Assembly: GCA_046290225.1 (NCBI GenBank)
Contig: JBKAGE010000066.1
Span: 1 to 36,207 of the forward strand
Direction of reading: 5' to 3'
Origin: Bradymonadia bacterium
GTDB lineage: Bacteria; Myxococcota_A; Bradymonadia; UBA7976; UBA1532
DNA length: 36,207 bases
Positions within the stretch are counted from its first letter, which is position 1. Every line of letters begins with the position of its first letter. A model generated the notes under the pieces. It saw nothing but the letters and a program-made list of their open reading frames with translations. It was not told the origin of the DNA and made no database searches. The translations under genes were made by a program, and so were the position numbers. Positions 27,696 through 36,207 of this stretch are shown here, one piece after another.

Positions 27696-29090
27696 ATGAA
27701 GCGCGTACACAGCAAGAAGCTCGCGATCCTGTTCAGCAGCGTGTTGGCTCTGGGCATGGTGGCCTGTGACGATGACGACGACGGTGGCAGCGGCACCGCG
27801 GGTGCTGGTGGCGGCGAGGCCGGCGCTGGCGGCGGCGAGGCCGGCGCTGGTGGCGGCGAGGCCGGTGCCGGTGGTGGTGAGGCTGGCGCCGGTGGCGGTG
27901 AGGCCGGTGCTGGTGGCGGCGAAGGCGGCGCTGGTGGCGAGGCCGGTATGGGCGGCGCTGGTGGCGGTGGCGAGTTCAGCCAGGCCTGCATCGACGCTTG
28001 CACCACCCTGGCCGACTGCTCGGCGAACTCCGACGCCTGCCCGGGCATCACCCCCGAGACCCGGGACGGGTTCTACGACGCTTGCCTGCCCACCTGCGAG
28101 GCCAACCCTGCTCTGCGGGCCCTCGTGAACGGTGACGATTGTGATGGCACCGTCAACACGCTCCGTGGCCTCAACGAGGACTTCGACAACGGCTGCGTGG
28201 ATGATGGCATGGGCGGCGCTGGCGGCGGCGGTGGCATGATGATGCCCGGTCCCTTCGACGGCAACCAGCCCGAGGGCACCACGGCCATCAACTTCACCAT
28301 CGACGACAGCGCCAACATGACCTACGGCGAGGCCGACGGCCTGGCATGGAAGGGCAGCTTCTCCTACGATCCCGAGACCCGCATCCTGACCCGCGATCCC
28401 GGGTGGGGCGGCCCCTTCGCCGTGGTGTACGACGACGGTGCTTGGAACGAGGGCGGTCACGAGCCTGCTGGCGCCGTCGCGGGCGACAGCGTCTGGGGCA
28501 TCACTGTCTTCTACCCCAACCCCGCCGAGGACACCCCCTTCGAGTACGGCGCCATCAACGGCTCCGTCGATGGCTCTGACGGTGGCTGGATCTGGATCGG
28601 CGCCAACGGCAGCTTCACCGTCGCCGCTGGCGGCAGCGCCGACGGCATCACCGCCGACGGCCTGGTGATCCCCGCCCATGGCACCATCGACATGCGCCTC
28701 ACCATCGACACCGGTGCGCTCGACGAGTCCTTCGCCGAGTTCGACCCCGCCAACGGCGTGCGGGTGAAGGGCAACGCCTTCGCCTGGAACGAGGTGGACT
28801 GCGTGGACGACGGCACCAACGGTGACGTCACCGCCGGCGACGGCGTCTACACCTTCGTGCTCAGCGAGAACGTGGGCGAGGGCACCAGCCTGCCCCACTC
28901 CGGTCTGCTCCTGAGCGGCGACATGCCCCAGTTCGTCTTCGTGCTCGGCGGTGTGGAGTACAAGGTGGGCGGCATCGCCTCCACCGCTGGCGTGGCTGCC
29001 TCCACTCAGGCCCCCGAGGGCGAGTGGGCCGACGCCCCGGTGATGAACCAGCCCGACGGCGATCAGAACACCTTCATCACGGTGCCCTGA
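27696..29090 (+). CDS. Lipoprotein with Gly-rich tether, Cys-rich module and two DDG..AGD (choice-of-anchor X-like) domains
   Basis: GGAGGAG RBS, lipobox MVAC, and motifs YDDGAWNEGGHEPAGAVAGDSVWG and VDDGTNGDVTAGDGVYTF. Confidence 0.75.
   Translation: MKRVHSKKLAILFSSVLALGMVACDDDDDGGSGTAGAGGGEAGAGGGEAGAGGGEAGAGGGEAGAGGGEAGAGGGEGGAGGEAGMGGAGGGGEFSQACIDACTTLADCSANSDACPGITPETRDGFYDACLPTCEANPALRALVNGDDCDGTVNTLRGLNEDFDNGCVDDGMGGAGGGGGMMMPGPFDGNQPEGTTAINFTIDDSANMTYGEADGLAWKGSFSYDPETRILTRDPGWGGPFAVVYDDGAWNEGGHEPAGAVAGDSVWGITVFYPNPAEDTPFEYGAINGSVDGSDGGWIWIGANGSFTVAAGGSADGITADGLVIPAHGTIDMRLTIDTGALDESFAEFDPANGVRVKGNAFAWNEVDCVDDGTNGDVTAGDGVYTFVLSENVGEGTSLPHSGLLLSGDMPQFVFVLGGVEYKVGGIASTAGVAASTQAPEGEWADAPVMNQPDGDQNTFITVP
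27798..27923 (+). repeat. Coding tandem repeat, 6 x 21 bp (AGAGGGE)
   Basis: Six consecutive heptapeptide units with synonymous codon variation. Confidence 0.9.
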
Positions 29091-29181
29091 TTCGCGCCTC
29101 GGCGCCCCGCGCTTTCAGCGCGGGAAAGCCTGCAAAAACCCCTCCTTGACTGATTGACAAGGGGGAGCTGATGTAGGCAAT

Positions 29182-29221
29182 AAAGGAGGCATGCCCCGCT
29201 GTGGTGCGTGCCTCTTTTTTT
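29182..29221 (+). terminator. Rho-independent terminator
   Basis: GGAGGCATGC...GCGTGCCTCT stem followed by a T-run. Confidence 0.75.
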
Positions 29222-29294
29222 GTCTATCCATCACACCCACCACAAGGCCTGAAGGTACAAGGCCTGCGCTACAGAATCTGAGTCACAGAGCCTG

Positions 29295-30617
29295 ATGCCA
29301 TCACACACAGCATGTTCCAGCGAAGCGCGGTCCTCGAGACACATCTCGAGTGTGTGGGCTGTATGGTCCGTGGTGTGGGCACCCATGGTGGCCACCATGA
29401 CGCTGGTGATGTCGACGGCCATGGCGGCGCCAGCCCTCGAACTGAAAGATCCCAGCTACGACGACAAGGGGGCCGGCACCCTCGTCTACCCCACCGAGCC
29501 GGGGTACCAGAGGCGGGGGCTCTTCGATCTCAGGCGGGTCACCGTTGAGGTCGACGGCGACGAGGCGGTCTTCTCCATCACCCTCGGCGCCCCCATCGTG
29601 AAGCCCGAGGCCCCACGCATCACCGACGCGGTGATGATCGAGCTGAACAACAACATCTATGTTCAGCACATCGACATCTACATCGATCGAGATCCACGAC
29701 CTGGAGCTGGCCACACCGAGGCGCTGCCCGGACGGAACGTGAGCTTCAACCGCGACAACGCCTGGGACCAGGCCGTGGTCGTCACACCGAGGCCTTTTGC
29801 CCTGAAGTCCACCCTCACGGGGTGGGCCCCAGCCAGAGATGTCATCACCCCCACGCGGGTGAACAGCATCGGCAACACCGTCGTGGCCCGCGTGCCGCTG
29901 ATCGATCTCGGCGGTGCCCCGCAGAAACACTGGGGCTGGCAGGTGGCGGTGAGCGGCGCGCTGTGGGTGAGTGGTCTGCAAGCGTATGGCCGCCTCGGTG
30001 ACGACGGCCACCCCAACGCCATGACCATGCGCGTGACCCCCGTAGCCGAGCGCTTCGCCTTTGGCGGGGGCGACGTGGTGCTCAACCAGCCCCACGTCAT
30101 CGATTTGCTCGCCCCCGAGGGCATCAGCCAGAAGACGATTTTGAAGACCTACAACGCCCGGACCGGGGCCTTCGCCACGGTGCCCATGGTGTATCCCGAT
30201 CCAGCGGCTCGAGAGGCCGAGAAGGCCAAGGCGTTGAAGTTGTTGGGTCCTGTGGCCGCAGCTGCGCCCATGCTCACCGGGACCCCCTCAGTGGGCGCGC
30301 CTGCTTCGGGCGTCGGTGCGTTGCTGCCCAACGGGGTGCCCTCTGCTGCGCCAGAGGCCCCTGTAGGCTACTTCGAGCTGGGCATCAAAGATGTTCAGGA
30401 CGAGACCGTGGTCCTCGAGAAGCCCGCCGAGGGAGATCCCCGAGAGGTGAAGGCCTTCAAGGTGGGCACCGTCGTCGACTTTTACGGGCGCCCCATCGGG
30501 AAGGTGGTGATCACCACCATTTACCCCAAGTTCATCCTGGCCACCCCCATCGAGGGGCAAGGCCAGCTCGCCGGCGGTGCCCGGGTGAGATTCAAGACGC
30601 AGGAGACTGCACCATGA
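29295..30617 (+). CDS. Secreted glucodextranase-C/DOMON-like protein with a small C-terminal beta domain (start uncertain)
   Basis: DPSYDDKGAGTLVYPT...FDL, IDIYID and PHVIDLL are paralogous to the N-terminus of 23354-26200. Signal peptide ends AMA-A, and the stop overlaps the next start (ATGA). Confidence 0.78.
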   Translation: MPSHTACSSEARSSRHISSVWAVWSVVWAPMVATMTLVMSTAMAAPALELKDPSYDDKGAGTLVYPTEPGYQRRGLFDLRRVTVEVDGDEAVFSITLGAPIVKPEAPRITDAVMIELNNNIYVQHIDIYIDRDPRPGAGHTEALPGRNVSFNRDNAWDQAVVVTPRPFALKSTLTGWAPARDVITPTRVNSIGNTVVARVPLIDLGGAPQKHWGWQVAVSGALWVSGLQAYGRLGDDGHPNAMTMRVTPVAERFAFGGGDVVLNQPHVIDLLAPEGISQKTILKTYNARTGAFATVPMVYPDPAAREAEKAKALKLLGPVAAAAPMLTGTPSVGAPASGVGALLPNGVPSAAPEAPVGYFELGIKDVQDETVVLEKPAEGDPREVKAFKVGTVVDFYGRPIGKVVITTIYPKFILATPIEGQGQLAGGARVRFKTQETAP

Positions 30618-31819
30618 AGTACGCACGTAGTCTGGCGGCCGCTGTGGCCGCTACCCTTCTCATCCCCGCCTTCGCCGCTGCCGAGACCACCGTCTCGGTG
30701 TGGCACGCCTACCGTGGCAAGGAGAAGGCCGCCCTCACCGAGGTGGCCGAGAAGTTCAACTCGGCCAACGCCGACGTCAAGATCAAGCTGCTGGGCATCC
30801 CCTACGACGCCTTCGCCGACAAGATCAGCGCCGCCGTGCCGCGGGGCAAGGGTCCGGACCTCTTCATCTTCGCTCAGGATCGTGTCGGTGACTGGGCGGC
30901 GAGCAAGCTCATCGAGCCCCTCGACTTCTGGATGACCGAAGAGCTCGAGAAGGCCTACCTCGAGCCCACCCTCGAGGCCCTCACTTACGACGACAGCGTG
31001 TATGGCCTGCCCATCGCCGCCAAGAGCGTGGCGTTGTTCTACAACACCGATCTCGTCAAGGCGCCCCCCAAGACCACCGACGAGATGGTCACCCTGGCCA
31101 AGAGTCTCACCGACAAGGGCAAGAAGCAGTACGGCCTCGTCTACGAGAACGCCAACTTCTACTTCCACGGCATGTGGATGCAGGGCTTCGGCGGCAAGGT
31201 GTTCAGCAAGAAGGGCAAGCCCACCCTGGCGAGCAAGGCCGTGGTGGACTCCCTGGCCTTCGCCCAGAACCTCGCGAAGAAAGAGGGCATCATGCCCCAG
31301 GAGGTCAGCGGCAACCTGGTGAGCACCCTGTTCAACGACGGCAAGGCCGCCATGGTCATCAACGGCCCCTGGTTCATGGGCGAGATCAGCGGCAACGTGA
31401 AGTACAAGGTGGCGCCCCTGCCCACCATCAGCGCCTCCGGCAAGCCCGCCACCCCCTTCCTCAGCGCCGAGGGCGTCATCATGAGCGCCAAGGCCAAGGA
31501 CAAGAAGGCCGCCTTCAAGGTGATGCAGTACCTCACCGGCAGCGAGGCCGGGAAGATCCTCGCCACCAAGGGACGCCAGCTCGTGGCCCGCAAAGATGTG
31601 CACGCTGATCCTGCCGTGAAGGGTGATCCGCTGCTCGCCGCCTTCCGCAAGCAGCTCAAGCACTCCCGCCCCATGCCCAACACCCCAGCCATGCTCATGG
31701 TCTGGACCCCCGCCACCACGGCCATGAACAAGGTGATCAACGGCGACACCGCCCCCGCAGACGCAGCCAAGGCGATGCAGGCCGAGGTCGAAGCGCTGGT
31801 CAAGGGCGCCAAGCGCTGA
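30614..31819 (+). CDS. malE: Maltose/maltodextrin-type ABC transporter substrate-binding protein (MalE-like)
   Basis: Signal peptide, GPDLFIFAQDRVG, LFYNTDLV, AMVINGPW and PMPNTPAM motifs. Confidence 0.88.
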   Translation: MKYARSLAAAVAATLLIPAFAAAETTVSVWHAYRGKEKAALTEVAEKFNSANADVKIKLLGIPYDAFADKISAAVPRGKGPDLFIFAQDRVGDWAASKLIEPLDFWMTEELEKAYLEPTLEALTYDDSVYGLPIAAKSVALFYNTDLVKAPPKTTDEMVTLAKSLTDKGKKQYGLVYENANFYFHGMWMQGFGGKVFSKKGKPTLASKAVVDSLAFAQNLAKKEGIMPQEVSGNLVSTLFNDGKAAMVINGPWFMGEISGNVKYKVAPLPTISASGKPATPFLSAEGVIMSAKAKDKKAAFKVMQYLTGSEAGKILATKGRQLVARKDVHADPAVKGDPLLAAFRKQLKHSRPMPNTPAMLMVWTPATTAMNKVINGDTAPADAAKAMQAEVEALVKGAKR

Positions 31820-31832
31820 TCCGGAGGAACAA

Positions 31833-32947
<1,115 letters not shown>

Positions 32948-32951
<4 letters not shown>

Positions 32952-34891
32952 AGCGTGGCGCCCTCTACCTCGGCATCTCCACCGCCCTGGTGACCCTGGC
33001 GTGGATGACCCTGGCCCATTTCCAGAACAAGGCCGATGAAGAGCAGTTCCAGGCGCGCCGTGCCGCCCGAGTGGCCCGGGCGGTGGCGTGGGTCTACGAG
33101 CAGGAAGATCTGCGAGAAGATGACGAGGCCGAGGACATGGCCCAGCGCTTCACCGAGGCGGTCACCAAGGCCCCAGGGGTGAAGCAGGCCTTCGTGCTGC
33201 GCAAGGTCAAGTTCAAGACCCACAGCGATCCCGACAGGGTGGGCAAGCGCCTCGATCGCGAGAGCGTGGCCGACAAGGTGCTGTTCGACACCGCCAAGGA
33301 CATCAAGTCCAACGTGCGGAACAACGTCGAAGAGCGCACCGCGCGGCCTGATCTCAAGCGCAACCCATTCGAAGAGATCCAGATCAAGCTGCTCGACGAC
33401 GGCACCATCGCAGCCTTCGTGCCCACGTTCAGCGAGGGCGAGGCCGACGCCATGGCCCGGGTGGTGGTGGCTCCCGTACCCAGCGAGGGGCCATTCCCCA
33501 CCTCGTTGGTCCTCATCGCCTTGGGGATCCTGCTCGCTGGCATCGGCGCCGGGCTGTTTCTCACAGGCCCGCCGGTGCGCCTTGTAGGGAGCATGCTCGT
33601 CGTGGGCCTGGCGGTCGCCGCGGTGTACAGCCTCGCCGACTGGCGGGCCGAGTTGAGGGCGCATCACGCCCAGCTCGAGGCGGAGACGCTCAGCGCCCTG
33701 AGCGACGCGGGGTTGCTCACCGCCGCTGCACCAGAGCATGCAGAGAAGCTCACCGAGGCCATCACCCGGGACGCCTTCGGCGAGCCCCGGGGTGACATCA
33801 CGGCATTGAGCACTGATGCCCTCTCCGGAGAGGTGCAGACCTTCGAAGCAGGCGCCCTGAAGATGGGCGTCTCGAAGTCGTGGCTCCAGGCCACCCGGTC
33901 TCAGGACGTGGGTCACTTGACGAAGTGGGCCATCGGGTTCGGCGTGATCGGGCTGCTCGTCTTCCTGCTCGGCGAGATCGGGCGCATCGGCCGCGCAGGG
34001 CGAGCGCTGAAGGCCCACCGGTCTGCGTACTACTACTTGTCACCGGCCATGCTGGGCATGGTGGTGCTGGTCCTCATCCCGGCGATGTACGGCGTGGTCC
34101 TGAGCTTCTTCTCTCGGGACTACAACCTCTTCAACTTCGCCGGGCTCGACAACTACATCCAGATTCTGTCCAACTTCGACATCGACGAGCCGAAGAACTT
34201 CTACTTCAAGCTCGGCGTCACCGTGTTGTGGACCTTCAGCAACATCGTGCTCCACGTGGGCATCGGACTGTTCCTGGCCATCTTGCTCAACGACAAGATG
34301 CTCAAGGCCAAGGGCTTCTTCCGGGTGCTGCTCATCGTGCCGTGGGCCCTGCCCAACTACATCACCGCGCTGATCTGGAAGAGCATGTTCAACAACGAGT
34401 TTGGCGCGGTGAACTCGTTCATCAAGCTCATGGGCGGAGAGACCTCGTCGTGGTTTCAGGACTTCTGGTCCGCCTTTGCCACCAACCTCGCCACCAACAC
34501 TTGGCTGGGCTTCCCCTTCATGATGGTGGTCTCGTTGGGGGCGCTGCAGAGCATCCCCGCCGATCTCTACGAGGCCGCCCGTGTGGACGGGGCGAGCCGA
34601 TGGCAGCGCTTCAAGGACATCACCTTCCCGTTGTTGATGCCCGCGTTGGTGCCTGCCGTCATCGTGGGCACGGTGTGGACCTTCAACATGTTCAACGTGA
34701 TCTATCTGGTGAGCGGCGGTGCGCCCAATGGCGCCACCGACATCTTGATCACTGATGCCTATCGGTGGGCCTTCGAGGCGAACAAGTACGGCTTCGCTGC
34801 GGCGTACTCCACGATCATCTTCGTGATCTTGTTGCTGTTCACGTTGGTCACCAACCGGATCACCGGCGCCACCAAGGGGGCCTTCGAGTGA
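32948..34891 (+). CDS. malF: Carbohydrate ABC permease (MalF-like) with a long N-terminal extension
   Basis: WLGFPFMM and EAA loop LYEAARVDGAS in the C-terminal half, plus about 350 extra N-terminal residues with TM helices and soluble domains. Confidence 0.88.
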
Positions 34892-34925
34892 TGGGCAACG
34901 CTACAGGCGTACGGGAGTCGCGATA

Positions 34926-35768
34926 ATGTCGCTCAAAGAGGATCACCCCTATACCCCACTTCGTCTGGCGAAGATGGCGTTCTTGCTGGTGTTCACGCTG
35001 CTCACGTTGTTCCCGGTGTTGTGGGTCTTGAAGATGGCCTTCAACGAGGGGCAGGGCTTCGAGGGGTCTCTGAGCCCCCTGCCGCCCAAGCCCACCCTGA
35101 GCAACTTCGATCACATCTTCAATCAGGAGCCGTTCTTCACGTGGCTCTGGAACAGCGCCCTCGTCAGCATCGCCACGACAGTGCTCGGGGTGTTCCTGGC
35201 GTGCACCAGCGCCTACGCCCTGAGCCGGTTTCGGTTCCCCGGGCGCTCCACAGCCATGGTGTCGTTCCTCGCCGTGCAGATGTTCCCCGGCGTGTTGATG
35301 ATGATCCCCCTGTATCTCATCATCGACTCATTGGGCCTGCTCGACAATCTGTTGGGCCTGGTGCTGGTGTATTCCACCACGGCCATCCCGTTCTGTGTGT
35401 GGATGCTCAAGGGCTACTTCGACACGATCCCCAAAGAGCTGGAAGAGGCGGCGCTGATGGACGGCGCCACCCCTGCCTTGATCTTCTGGCGCATCATCAT
35501 GCCGTTGAGCCTGCCCGCCGTGTCGGTCACGGCCCTGTTCTCGTTCATGACCGCCTGGAACGAGTTCATCCTCGCGGCGGTCTTCATGAACGATAAGAAC
35601 AACTTCACGCTGCCCGTGGGGCTGAACTCCTTCGTGGGATCTCAGTCCACTTCTTGGGGCTATTTCGCCGCCGGCGCTGTGTTGGTGAGCATTCCGATCA
35701 TGGCGCTGTTCTTCATGTTGCAGAAGAACCTCGTGGGCGGCCTCACCAGCGGTGGTGTGAAGGGATGA
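34926..35768 (+). CDS. malG: Carbohydrate ABC permease (MalG-like)
   Basis: KGYFDTIPKELEEAALMDGA, AWNEFILA, TLPVGL and terminal GLTSGGVKG motifs. Confidence 0.92.
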   Translation: MSLKEDHPYTPLRLAKMAFLLVFTLLTLFPVLWVLKMAFNEGQGFEGSLSPLPPKPTLSNFDHIFNQEPFFTWLWNSALVSIATTVLGVFLACTSAYALSRFRFPGRSTAMVSFLAVQMFPGVLMMIPLYLIIDSLGLLDNLLGLVLVYSTTAIPFCVWMLKGYFDTIPKELEEAALMDGATPALIFWRIIMPLSLPAVSVTALFSFMTAWNEFILAAVFMNDKNNFTLPVGLNSFVGSQSTSWGYFAAGAVLVSIPIMALFFMLQKNLVGGLTSGGVKG

Positions 35769-35920
35769 TGTCCCGCAGCGTGGGCTGGTGTGTCGGCGCT
35801 CTATGAGACTGTCCCGGGGTTGTCCCATGGGTCACCTCAGCAGAGGTGATATGGCGGTCATGCTGGTTGATGTGAGCCAGGTTACCTGAATTAAAACATT
35901 TTCTGTTGTTTGTTGGGCGT

Positions 35921-35935
35921 TGGCACACCCGTTGC
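35921..35935 (+). promoter_or_regulatory. Putative sigma54 promoter
   Basis: TGGCACACCCGTTGC is a near-consensus -24/-12 element. An AT-rich tract lies upstream, and it sits about 45 nt before the ATG at 35981. Confidence 0.75.
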
Positions 35936-35980
35936 CAACTTCTCCTGGCGGTTACGCGACACACCCCCAGGAGGAGACAC

Positions 35981-36207
35981 ATGCGCTTTCTGAATCAGAT
36001 CAAGATGCGATGGCTTTCGGTCCCGTTGATGGCAGCAGGGATCATCGGCTGTGCCGAAGAATCGTGGGTGGAGCACAAGGATCCCCCGACGATAGAGACC
36101 GCCGAGCAGAGCCTGGGCTGGGGGTTCACGTCCAGCCTGAGCCTGTTCACGCCACCGCCCATCTATGTGCCCAAGGAAGAGGTCCGCACCGAAACCTTCG
36201 AGACGCC
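35981..36207 (+). CDS. Lipoprotein of unknown function (5' part only, truncated by the window end)
   Basis: AGGAGG RBS and MRFLNQIKMRWLSVPLMAAGIIGC lipobox; the frame stays open to the end. Not in the supplied ORF track. Confidence 0.7.
   Translation, partial: MRFLNQIKMRWLSVPLMAAGIIGCAEESWVEHKDPPTIETAEQSLGWGFTSSLSLFTPPPIYVPKEEVRTETFET

Noticed and set aside
29091..29221. Known riboswitch (c-di-GMP, fluoride, etc.)
   Set aside because: No conserved aptamer core could be matched by eye; kept only as a structured intergenic region.

Overview
GC-rich bacterial DNA with Myxococcota-like (deltaproteobacterial) gene content: membrane Ser/Thr kinases, a receiver-DUF4388-like-TPR protein, Gly-rich lipoproteins and sigma54-type promoters. 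The window opens with the 3' end (domains V-VI) of a group II intron (1-86). A housekeeping/regulatory block follows: an alpha/beta hydrolase, a GNAT, thioredoxin and a GDPD whose start codons overlap head-to-head, a TetR/FadR-etfB-etfA operon with two FadR-type operators and a probable ATC start, two tandem Ser/Thr kinases, a UvrD/Rep helicase, the response regulator, tsaD and rsmA. From about 17 kb to 35.8 kb lies an alpha-glucan (starch/pullulan/maltodextrin) utilisation locus. It encodes a lipoprotein pullulanase, a secreted GH13 alpha-amylase, a DOMON-like domain fused to a putative unassigned outer-membrane beta-barrel, two DDG-motif lipoproteins, a second DOMON protein and a MalEKFG-type ABC importer whose MalF carries a Cache-like extension. 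No LamB, SusC or SusD is recognisable, so this locus is the best candidate for an undescribed system. A short array of CTGTAGCGGACG repeats with variable hairpin spacers sits just downstream of the pullulanase. All calls come from manual motif reading; no database searches were run.
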